NCBI GenBank assembly: GCA_951406725.2 | Contig: OX597816.1 | Coordinates: 152,582,001 to 152,646,000, forward strand | Reading direction: 5' to 3' | DNA length: 64,000 nucleotides | Source: Octopus vulgaris | Lineage: Eukaryota | Shown: piece by piece, positions 28,132 to 40,629 of the stretch | Layout of the letters: each line of letters opens with the position of its first letter | Position numbering within the stretch: the stretch's first letter is position 1 | Notes under the pieces: generated by a model | Told to the model about the DNA's origin: nothing | Seen by the model: the letters and a program-made list of their open reading frames with translations, nothing else | Databases searched by the model: none | Program-made: the position numbers and the translations under genes

Positions 28132-28489
28132 CGGATCTTTTATACAAGATGTGTCAGTTTTTGTTTTTGAGAACACTTCTTTTAAGACCTCTAGTTTCTT
28201 CTAACTTTGTTTTTACCATACTTTTCAGATATTACACCACAACACACTAAAGCAGAAACAGTCCCATAAAGTTCAAGAAGTGTTTGAACAAATTCCTTCC
28301 AGAAATCCCGGATAAACCTCCTACATCTGGATATGTCTCCGTAAACGATAACTCTCTACTCAGTGGGCCATGTTGTCCGATTCCAGATTTGAATGACTTC
28401 GCCAGGTGGTGTTATTAAGTTAGACATGGTCTGGGCCAGTACTAGCCGAAGCTTATCAAAGTATCAAAAGTCGGCTTAAGTTAGCAATT

Positions 28490-28875
28490 GAAAATGAATG
28501 CTGTAATCGTTGCCTTGAAAGTGCAGCATAGTGATACAGAGATACCTCGCTTCTTGAAGGTAGACCGATCCTTCGTTGTCAAAGTTAGAAAGTAATTGGA
28601 AGCTACTGACAGTGATCCAACATCAGAAGCTAAACGCAAAATGCATGTACAGGGTCTTAATACCATCAAAATACATAACTTTGTATAAAAAGTCCAAGAA
28701 AATCGAGAAAAACCTAGGTAAGTCAATCAGAGCAATTGCAAAGGACCTTAAGGTTTCAAAATGCACCATCAGATGAATTGTGCATGAAGACATCCGGTAC
28801 AAGTCTTATTTGATGCAGAAGATTCTATTTATGTTGGAAGTGGCAAGAAAGAATTGTTCAACCCGAATGAAGTAC
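28490..28875 (+). mobile_element. Decayed Tc1/mariner-superfamily transposase, N-terminal HTH region
   Basis: AVIVALKVQHSDTEIPRFLKVDRSFVVKVRK* then IEKNLGKSIRAIAKDLKVSKCTIR*IVHEDIRYKSY, with stops and frameshifts. Upstream 28401-28470 recurs at about 52395-52462. Confidence 0.75.
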
Positions 28876-28931
28876 CACATGATAAGATACATGAATGTAT
28901 GTACATACATTCATGTATCTTATCATGTGGT
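28874..28931. repeat. Perfect 58-bp loopless palindrome
   Basis: accacatgataagatacatgaatgtatgt followed directly by its exact reverse complement. Confidence 0.95.
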
Positions 28932-29153
28932 GATATTATATTATGTCTGTTTCTCATTGACAGAATAATTCTGTTGATGGTAAGATATAAATTTATCATT
29001 AGTTCTATTTAGAACATGGTGGATTATTACTTGTTCTCGCTCTTTACAATCTGATTTTTCCTGTAACAACAGAAATGTCATGCGGCATCGAATCTCAGCT
29101 TTCTCATGGACAACATCTGTCTGTCTACCTGCCTACCTGCCTACCTGCCTACG

Positions 29154-29196
<43 letters not shown>

Positions 29197-29197
29197 A

Positions 29198-29280
<83 letters not shown>

Positions 29281-29466
29281 ATATATACACCCTATAGCAA
29301 TTCTCCTTTATGAATCACTAGAGGGCTAGACAAAATGTTTTAATGGTCTACTGTATTTTCATGCATTTTCATGCTATATTCGCATGCATTCCCCCACCCC
29401 GGGACTTTTTCCGCATTGGAAGGTCTTCTCAGGTTCGAATGCACCCGAACATGTTAAATGTTACTC

Positions 29467-29515
<49 letters not shown>

Positions 29516-30114
29516 GCACACAAACACAGATACATGCACTCATGATTTATGTTTATGAATGAAGCACGCCAATTCACACACACACACACATATATATGCA
29601 CATATAAGGGGTATACACATGCACATATATACACTTTTATAAAACAGCTATTAATTTTTTGTATCATGTTTAGTGACTATTTCGTTTAGTTGTACTTTCT
29701 TAGTCGAATTTTATACCAACCATTTGTGTTATGTCAACAACTTTTGCCTATTAGGTGGTTAAACGAGTTCAACAGCAACCGAGTAGATGAATCGTCACTG
29801 AAACGACTAGATAATTCATCAAGTCATTGTTGTAAAATGTTTTACATTTTCTTAATGACATATTTAAGGTATGTTCTTTTAGTTTGTTTAATCCTCATAA
29901 ACGTAAAATTATAGTATCGACTGCATATTGTTATATACTCGCATATCTAGTCTGTTGTCTAAGTTCATTTACATCTGTCAATGATATAGTGGTATGTGTT
30001 TGACCTTATATTGCCTCACTAAAGCACCCTGAGAATATTTTTCATTATTTGTGTTTTTTCGATCATATTTAAGGTGAATACTTATTACTTATTCTGTTAT
30101 CCGTTCCTGGGCGA

Positions 30115-30232
<118 letters not shown>

Positions 30233-30415
30233 GCTATCTATCTATCTATCTATATATATATATATATATCGTGAAGTATGTATGCCACCTAAATGTGGCT
30301 GACCCATATGGGACGATGCTACTGGAGTTTATAGCCCCAGGAAGACATCTCCAGCTGGCTAACGAAACACTGTGCGAAGGGAAATCATCATTTGCATCTC
30401 TAGCCTTACGCGATA

Positions 30416-30460
30416 CACACGGATCCGGGTTTCTGGGTAGTAACCCGTCATCAGCGTTTG
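30416..30460 (-). ncRNA. Minimal type-I hammerhead ribozyme motif, left arm
   Basis: caaacg CUGAUGA c-gggu(uacu)accc-a GAAA cccgga UC cgugug. Confidence 0.7.
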
Positions 30461-30704
30461 ACAGTCACCGGCTAGGGATGAGAAGTGATTCTGAACGTAA
30501 AATACCATATGCTTTTTGAAGTGATAAACCGTCGCTGACCCCGATAAAGGAGAAACAAGCAATAATAAATCTCTGAGCGAGATGTAAACAGTAGCAGCAC
30601 GACATCGTGAAGTTTTTCCTTTTTCGAGATCAGTGACGGTTTATAACTGGAAAAACATAGTATTTTGCGTTTGGAATCACTTCTCATCCTTAGCCGGTGA
30701 TTGT

Positions 30705-30749
30705 CACACACTGATGACGGGCTACTAACCAGAAACCCGGGTCCGTGTG
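30705..30749 (+). ncRNA. Minimal type-I hammerhead ribozyme motif, right arm
   Basis: cacaca CUGAUGA (30711-30717) cgggcuacuaacca GAAA (30732-30735) cccgg GUC cgugug. Stem III is the loopless palindrome ACCCGGGU. Confidence 0.75.
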
Positions 30750-30963
30750 TATCACGTAAGGCCAGAGATGGGAACGATGATTTCCCTTCGCAAATACTGA
30801 TCGGGCGCAGACAGTGTGTCGTTAGCCAGCTGGAGGAGATATCTTCCTGGAGCTATAAACTACAGTAGCATCGTCCTATATGGGTTAGCCACATTTAGGC
30901 GGCAAACATACTTCACGATGTCGTCCTGCTACTCTTTATATCTCACTCAGAGATTTATTATTG

Positions 30964-31005
<42 letters not shown>

Positions 31006-31341
31006 CAAATACTTGTGAGGTCAACAACTGAAATGTGTATAGTTCAAAGAGCAAATAACATAGTTCAACGGCGGCTGATGTGAACAATCACTGAAATATC
31101 TTGATGTTCCGCGAGAGAATTTGTGGTAAATATTTCATATTTTATGTGGTCTGTTTGTTGCTAATTCATCCTGTTTGATCATTTTGTTTGGAAATAACAT
31201 CATAACACGGATTACCTGTTGAGTCGCGGTGCACAACCAGTGTTCAGTGTCTTGGTTATATGAACAAAGATTGCATTATCTAGGTTGATGTGTGTTTGTC
31301 TGCTCTCACACAGATAGGCAGACACGTGCGCGTGCGAACAC

Positions 31342-31395
<54 letters not shown>

Positions 31396-31600
31396 ATTCA
31401 CTCACTCACTCACTCACTCACTCATTCACTCACTACAAACACATACACGCACAGTTTTATCATTTTAATTGTATAGACACCCACATATATGTAGATATGT
31501 ATGTATGTATTTATATATATATATATGTATATATATGCATATATATGTATATATACATAGTACATGATCGAAATGAATTTGTTTCTCCATTTTCTTATTT

Positions 31601-31674
<74 letters not shown>

Positions 31675-31947
31675 TAGGCAATTAGATATATTTAATATAT
31701 GTTATGTTAATAAGTGCTATTTGTAATACTTTATAGTATCTTTTCGTTCAATTCTTCGTTTACTCTAAGAATTCATTATTGGATTTTAGATATTAGTTTT
31801 TTTCTATCTCATTAGACTGTTTATGAAACACAAATTAAAAATGTCACAATATCTACTGCTCATGTCTTCTCCCCCCTCTCTCTGTGTACATATATATATA
31901 TATATATGTGCGTGTGTATGTATGTGTATGTATATAGACATGTGTGC

Positions 31948-32100
31948 GTGTGGCCATGTGGTAAGAAGCTTACTTCCCAACCACATGATTCCGGGTTCAA
32001 TCTCATTGTGTGATACCTTGGGCATCTGTCTTCTACTATAGTGAGTGGATTCGGTAGACGGAAACTGAATGAAGCCCGTTGTATATATGTATATGTGTGT

Positions 32101-32138
<38 letters not shown>

Positions 32139-32218
32139 TTCTGTCTGCGTTCTAATTACCCCTCACCACCACTTGACAACAAGTGTTGGTGTGTTTACGT
32201 CCCTATAACTTAGCAGTT
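31948..32218 (+). mobile_element. SINE, family C
   Basis: tggccatgtggtaagaagc..ccgggttcaatc..ccttgggcatctgtcttctactatag..gtgagtggattcggtagacggaaactg. Confidence 0.75.
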
Positions 32219-34116
32219 TATTCTGCCCCTTTACGTTCTGAGTTCGGATCCTGCCGACTTTATTTCTCACTCTTTTGAGGTTGTTAAAATATCCAGCAGT
32301 CGACATCATTCACTATTCTCTAGAAGGTAAACAGCATAATTACCTTTCAATGATCGAGACTAGTGAGAGTCTGTATCTATGTATAAGCTATAAGAACGGA
32401 AAACAGGAGAGACAGAATTCGAAGAAGATAAATTCGAGAATGTAAATGAAGATGAAATAAGACGAAAAAATCATACTAAATATGTCTAAGTATAAATGAA
32501 ACTGTGTGCTTATCAATATAAATAAAACTGTTATATGAATGGATAACGAGATACATCGGGGCACTGATATTTTGTCGGATAACTAAAGACGGTGCTCCAG
32601 CATGGCTACAGTCAAATGACTGAAACATGTAAAAGAATAAAAGAATATACCATGTGTCCTCATGCTTTGAGTATTATATTGGCAACGCTTTTTGGACCCC
32701 GTAATAGATGCAAGCACCAACATACACGGTTTAATTGTGCTACGTTTGTAATCCTCAAAAATGTCTTGTATAAAAAAATGTGTGTTGTCCTGACTGCTCT
32801 AGTAACAAATAAAGGGAAGGATTATTGCTTTTATATATTTTAAAGGTTAATACGTGTATTCAAAGTGGCCGGTTAGTTAAAGCATTGAAGAGGCAAGCCC
32901 ATAGATTGGATGTTCTAATATATTTCCTATGTTCGGTATGGCTTCAGATTAATTTTCTATTTATTGCGAATTAGAGTTATAGTTACAGGAGGATATTAAC
33001 CCATTTTCTTTTTTTGAAAACAACGCCAACGAATAACCTGAACAAGTATATCACATTATTTACTAAGTCATAAATCGGCGGTTCTCAATGAAATTTGTAT
33101 AGAAAAAATATCGAGGAAAGATTGATATTATTTGAAAAGATTAAGACCAGAAACCAAAATAATTATTTGTATTTGAATTGACTGAAATAGTTATATGTAA
33201 TAATACTCAAATACTGAGTAAAATTCCGATTAGATTTTATGGTAAGATAACAGATTCATGGATCATAAGTGAAAATCTGATGTTGGTAATTCGTTGCGGT
33301 CCTACTCACAACATTTCACTCATTGTTGTGTTAGTTTATTTAGAAGTCAGGAATGTGAATCTGATCATCTAACAATCTCCAGTATCGATAGGCTCGGTTC
33401 GTCTAACGACTGGATCCAGATCCACCTTTTGATTTGAATTGCCTGTGAGGGAAGTGTACGGTACACACATAGATATCAATCAACTGTCAGAAGCCTATCT
33501 CTCTCATCCACGAAGAATTCTTAACAATACAGAGGTTAAGTTGATGATATACAGCAATAGTGAGGCATTCTTTATGTTGGATTTGTAATCTGAAATACTG
33601 AAGTCCCTACCCAGTATATTAATATTCTCTTTTGTATATTAAACTTTCATTGAAGCTAAATTAGATTTCTGATTCCTCTAAGGCAATATTGTAAAACTAT
33701 ATTGAGTTCGAATACAGTGATGAGAGGTGAGTCCTGATATTTCGAATAGTGCCGACAAAGACTATCCCTAGCTCCATTGAATTCGTTTCTCATCTATAGA
33801 CAGCCTATGCTATGCAGTCTATGAACAAGGACAGTCTATTATAGGTTTCCATCAACGGAAAACCACGCCCATTTTCTTCAAACCCATTTCTTTTCCATCT
33901 TCCTCTCCCATTCTCGTTTACTTTCTTCCTTTCCTTCACCAAAGTAAGCCGCAGCCTATGTTCACTCCTTCTCATAGCCATCATTAACACCCAACCATTC
34001 ACCCACTAACAATCTAAAAGACTCCGTTCCTACCGCTCTCTATTCAACGCGCCTTTTACCTCCGCCATCTCTCATCATTTCGCCATCAGTCATCACTCTA
34101 AAATTCTTTTACTTAC

Positions 34117-34213
34117 TCCTCTTTCCCCAATCTAACTGAAGTCAGCAGCGCAATCAAGTCTCTTTCTGTGTATTCGTGCATGCAATATTTGATCTCGTCT
34201 CCACGCCCACCCA
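34117..34213 (-). CDS. grh: Candidate upstream Grainyhead exon, GGRGDEIKYCMHEYTERDLIALLTSVRLGKE(E)
   Basis: Acceptor ttttacaatttcag, consensus donor GA|gtaagt, 97 nt open frame, phase 1/2. Same strand and phase-compatible with the 11905 exon across a ~22 kb intron. Confidence 0.55.
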
Positions 34214-34952
34214 CTGAAATTGTAAAATGCCAATCCGCCAACCCACCAATGATCATCATCATCATTGTCATCATCGACGTCGTCATCGTCTTAGTCGTTA
34301 TTGTCATCGTCGTCCCTCCCCTCTTTTTCCTACACTCCCTCTTATACTCCCTTTTCCCTCCTTGTCTCTAATTCTCTTCTATTCTTCCTTTTCCTTATTC
34401 TTTCACACTTTTCATCCATCACCACCACTACCAAACTCCATGTAGTCGTTCGACCTCCTAGAAAGAGTAGCCTAGTCTCACTGAAATCACACTTTACTAT
34501 CTTAAACGGAGAAAAAAACATCTTGCGTAATGTAAACCAATGTACACAGTGACTGATAAATATAATAACAAAGGTGAGAGACGATCATGGCTGGAATGCC
34601 TTTTGGTCATACACAGCTCTGCTCATTCAGAGTCGACTTGGACAACAACAACAGTAGCAACAATAAAACCAATTCCACAAGGCTAAGACTTGCACGAACT
34701 AACACAACTGCGGCGGCGGATAATATGAAGGTTATTATTAAGAGCAAAGTATTGAGTCACTTACAAAGAATTAAAGCGACCCGTTTAAACATACTTCTTT
34801 GTAGAGCCAGCACACCTCTTTTTGAGCAAAGGATATCAAACAAAATGCAAAGCAACTATACTCACTATTTCAAGATAGAAAGTATGTATGTATGTATGTA
34901 TGTATGTATGTATGTATGTATGTATGTATGTATGTATGTATGTACGCATGCA

Positions 34953-34986
<34 letters not shown>

Positions 34987-35137
34987 AACTTGGTAATTAA
35001 CAATACTTAATAATACAATAAAACTAACTTGCTAACAAGACCGTTTAGCAAATAACAACCGCTGTTGCTCTAATTATAGTAGGTGAAAATTAACTTTAAC
35101 AAATTATACTTTCTGCTCAAAATCTAATCCCCCCCCC

Positions 35138-35190
<53 letters not shown>

Positions 35191-35270
35191 TATACACATA
35201 CGCACACACACATACATGTATGAGTGTGAATATATATATTTATGTATGTATACACACACGCACGCGCACG

Positions 35271-35313
<43 letters not shown>

Positions 35314-36140
35314 CAGTACTGAACAAATAAGTAACAGCTGAATTGCATTCACAATTTACTCCAATAAACCCAACTAACTAATTAACAATTCTTGTAAACT
35401 ATCAAGGTCTATTGATTAAATTATATCTATTACTAACTAGCATTTAAACATACTCTATTTATCAACTACCTAACTGTAATTAAATACACTCGCCATATTA
35501 ACTGTATTTACTAATTCTTATGATAACAAGTGTTTTAAAACATTTTCTAACTGATTTATTGAATTACAAGTTAAAGAATTGTTTAATTGACTAATCAGTG
35601 AAATTATATTGTCGTTTTTGTAAAACAACATTTTTTAAAAATGAGCTCTGAATTGTTTTCTTTCTATAGAAAAAGCTAAATGTTTGTTGAGTGGATTGAA
35701 ACTAGTATATTACCGATAGTTATTGTATAGACATGGGAATGATGACATACAAAGTGAACGTTAGCAAGATCTTAACTCAAAACTCAAAGAAAGATCAGTC
35801 CAGTAGCTACGCTGTTTCTATCAACTTGTTAATTCTTACATATTATGTAAACTATATTATTGGGATTTATTTTATGAAGATACGAGAGATGGAAAGCAAA
35901 ATTAGTTACTGGCTGGATATGAACTCAGAGCAAAGATGTTCGATTCAAGATACTGAATGTATTTCGCCCTTCTGTTCTTCTGTTTCTGTTATCTTTAGTA
36001 GTGCATTTGATATTAAAAAGCGCTCTGACTTGTTTCTCAAGTTTAAAGGTAAGTCGGTAACAAGTATGTATGTATGTATGTATGTATGTATGTATGTATG
36101 TATGTATGTATGTATGTATGTATGTATGTATGTATGTATG

Positions 36141-36186
<46 letters not shown>

Positions 36187-36208
36187 CATACATACATATA
36201 CATACATA

Positions 36209-36249
<41 letters not shown>

Positions 36250-36256
36250 ATGTATG

Positions 36257-36332
<76 letters not shown>

Positions 36333-36417
36333 TATACATACATACATACATACATACATACATACATACATACATACATACATACTGTCTTAGCATATAT
36401 ATATATATGTATGTATA

Positions 36418-36452
<35 letters not shown>

Positions 36453-36852
36453 GCTAAGACAGTAAGTGCAGAAGTCAATGAGATATAATGAGATTGTCTT
36501 TCACTATTTGTTATAGAATTATTCTTGAAGAAGACAAAAAGAAAAAAAGTTATCGTTTGTTTTTGTTAAATAAAGGAATCTGCCACTGCCTGTCATCACC
36601 TGTCGTCGACTGTGATCGCCTGTCTCCGCTTGTCTCCGCCTAACTCTGTCTAATTCAACAAGCATTAGAAAATAGAATGAATTAAGAAAAGAGCAAAAGA
36701 TAATTTTCTTTTTAAAAAAAGCATGTTTCGTCGATACTACGGATTATAGGACAACACTAAATATATTCATTTTTTCTATAAAGTGTGTCAGGCCGAGCCC
36801 ATCCCTCACTAAGCTATTGTTCAGACCACCTTTTATAAATGCAGAAAAAAAT

Positions 36853-36939
<87 letters not shown>

Positions 36940-38835
36940 TGGGAGGAGTTGTTGCATTCACACCTGTTTCATACCAGATCAAAGAAGTCAAGTTTGGAGC
37001 AATTTCACTTCACTTACATCTGTAATATTGTTACATATTATGCGGTATAAGGGACACGGTTATTGAAGAGAACCAGATTAAGAAATGAATAAAATTGTAC
37101 CTGAGGTTTATCACTTCCCCACACCTGAGGGATTCATAAGATTGACAGCTTAACTCCGGCTTCCATGGCAATTTGGCTGATTATAAGATATTTCCCCTCA
37201 TGGATAACATACTAATATATTGTAGGTAGTTTTTCTTAATGGAGGATTTTAATTCAGATGTGAACCATTCGTGATTAACGGCTTGTTATATTGTTTTATT
37301 TGTGCCATGTGGTGCAGCTGCTGATCTTGCAATGGGTAGGGACCAGAGGTGAAAGCTGATTGTCCAGTGCTGAGTACACATTTTCGACTACCTCTTAGAA
37401 AAGGATATAGAAGAAAAAGAAGGAGAAAGAGGAGGAGGAAGAGACATGGTTGTGCAGCATTAGTTGAACATGTGACAGTGTAAGAGCTTTGGCACAGACC
37501 CATGTGATGACTTGATACTTCCCTCTGCCGGCCATCGAAACACATTAATTATGCAACATACTCAGCAGTAAACTTTTATCTATATATAATGCTTATTGTA
37601 CCGTAAGTACTACAGATCATGACAACTGAGAATTGCTCAGCAATGATAAGGTGAAAGAATTATTAACCTCTGGATCCATTCGCACCCCAATTCGTTAACA
37701 TAAAAAAAATTAGCCACTAGTTAATACGAGGTCACTTATAGCGTTCTGTAAATATTAATACACTAACGCTTTACTGTGGTCTGCTTAAGTTCCACACATA
37801 CCATCTAAATTAAACTAACAAATGTGCAATTACTGAATTGCTTTTCTCTTATTACACGTCCTCATATATTACTAGGCTTTATTAAAAATTTATTGATATG
37901 TAATTAAAAATATAACATTCTGTTTGTATTTGTTAAGCGTTTTAGGTTATGCAGTAAGTCAACAAACAACAATGTCTCTGAAGGTTAGTAGATGAACATT
38001 TCGGAAGTAAAACACACACGACTTATATCAATAATATAAGTGAAAAAGAAAATGTATGGAATAAACATTCATTATTTGAAAATAATACGTAGAAGGCTAT
38101 ATATATTGCTCGTAAATTGAAGCAAATAATTTAAGAATTTAAATGAAATGCGTACTATTTTACGATCTATATTTTCTTGGGGTTCGGTGTTTTTCAATTA
38201 AGATTGAAGAAATTCTTGAATATTATCGAAATTTGGAACTTTTTGTCGACTAGTGATCTGTTTGTGAATCAAACTTTCTAAACTAAAATGAGTAATAAAG
38301 AGTGGATGTATTTTTGAATATTTCTTATTAAGTTAGTAGAAGTGCCACATTTCAAACTTTTACGTACATAAGAAAAGTTTCAATGTGTTTGAGATGAGTA
38401 GTACTTAATATTTGTTTGACAATTCTTGTGACATGAAACTGTGGACTCTTAATTCACTTCCGTAGCTTCTAGGCAAATTAACATATATATATATATAATC
38501 CGCATTATGTATTGGATTTTATTTCCTTGGCGCGTGCGTGTGTGTACAGAGAGAGAGGGAATGAGGGAGAGAGAGAGAGAGAGAGAGTATAACAGAGATT
38601 CTCAAAATACCCCATCTAAATTAAAGGTTCCAATATACATATCTTGTGAATATTTATGTTTTGGATAAGCAATAAAGCATACATACACATTATACAACAT
38701 ATGCCATTATATCATGAAATATGTGCTTGGTCGTTCATCTTGCTTGAAATAGCAGTCAAATCATCCTCAAATGAAACCTTCCCACTTTGAATAAGGAAGG
38801 GATATATAGGTTAATACAGTACTACGTATCACTCA

Positions 38836-39015
38836 AATTACAAGAATATACATACATGTATAACATATTATGCTTTACATATAAAATATACTAATATATA
38901 TAGATACCAGTACTTATTGTAAGTTATATTTTAATAATTACTGGTATCTTTATATATTAATATATTTTATATGTAAAGCATAATATGTTATATATGTGTG
39001 TATATTCTTGTAATT
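38836..39015. repeat. AT-rich foldback, arms 38836-38912 and 38939-39015
   Basis: aattacaagaatatacatacatgtataacatattatgctttacatataaaatata..gataccagta pairs with tactggtatc..tatattcttgtaatt with few mismatches. Confidence 0.9.
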
Positions 39016-39108
39016 GTCATTTTAGTAAATAAATAAGTTGACATTATATAATGTCTAAGAGTTGATGAACAACCTATTGATCCACTCCATTTTCTTATTG
39101 CTCTCTCC

Positions 39109-39158
<50 letters not shown>

Positions 39159-40227
39159 ATACATATACATTTCTCCGTTTTTTCCGTTCTTGTTTTCGTA
39201 TACATTCTTGGCTTTCTTCCAAGGAATCTAATTAGTTTTTCCTAGGGGCTGGCTATATTGGAGCAATCTCGAGTATAACCAGCCGAAATTGCAAAGATAA
39301 CCTGGAACTCGACTGAAGAAAGAAAACTCCGAATGACCCGTCCTTGTTTTCTTTGTATTGTCTATCTGGATGTTTCGTTGTCCCTTTCATGTATCACCTG
39401 TCTGGATGTTTTGCGTTTTTGGCCCATTTTGCATTTTTTAATATATACATATACATACATACATATACATACATATAGATATATATATATATTTACATAT
39501 ACATACACACATACATACATACATACATACATACATACATACATACATACATACATACATACATACATACATACACACACATATATATATGTATGTACGT
39601 AAGTATGCATGTATGTATGTATGTATGTATGTATGTATGTATGTATGTATGTATGTATGTATGTATGTATGTATTTATTTATTTCAGCACGTCTCGTCAT
39701 AGCATTTGGTTACCGTCAGTTTCACCAACTGAATTACTTTACTACTACTCACATCCTATACATCTTTAGAAAATATAACGTTTATCATTACACGTCTGCC
39801 ACCATTATTATGATTATCATTTCATATCATGAGCACGATGTTGCATTTTCTCTTTATTTCAGATTTTCATTGGTTTATTTGCTTTATAGTTCGGGGACAA
39901 CCCCCCCCCCCCCACACATACACATTGATGTCTGGCTTTGATTCAAATGAACAAATTTATAGGAACGAGAATATAGGCGATTTATCTGGACTATTTGCAC
40001 GTAACTAACGCTGAACTTCTTATTAGCAAAAAACTCATTTTTAGCAAAAACTCATACGCCTACACGACGATACTTGATGACGTTACAATACACAGTTTTA
40101 TGTTGTTAGCTTGTATTGAATGCGTTCGTGTTTTTGAACGTAAAACCTTGAGCAATAAGAAATTTGTTCTTTCGTAGGTTTTCTTTTGTGCGCATGAACA
40201 ATACATTGATGCAAGCAGGCATACAAC

Positions 40228-40307
<80 letters not shown>

Positions 40308-40464
40308 ATATATATATATATATATATATTATATGATATTTATATATATGTAATTATATATGAGTATATATATATATATTATACATATGTGTGTGTGTAT
40401 ATATATATATATATATACATATGATGTTTATATATATATAGAAATATGTATATATATTTATATC

Positions 40465-40535
<71 letters not shown>

Positions 40536-40562
40536 CATCTGTCTGTCCTGTCTATATCTCTA

Positions 40563-40629
<67 letters not shown>

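Larger units (their letters stand above)
30268..30964. mobile_element. ~700 bp foldback element in (TA)n with a hammerhead motif in each arm (PLE pseudo-LTR or retrozyme-like)
   Basis: 30268-30555 is the diverged reverse complement of 30614-30919; 30559-30613 is the reverse complement of 30910-30964. (TA)n on both sides. Confidence 0.85.

Noticed and set aside
39170-39440. Microsatellite-flanked insert containing ctgaagaaagaaaactccgaatgacccgtc
   Set aside because: Probably a repeat, but there is no GAAA box in the right place or convincing stems, so it is not called a ribozyme.
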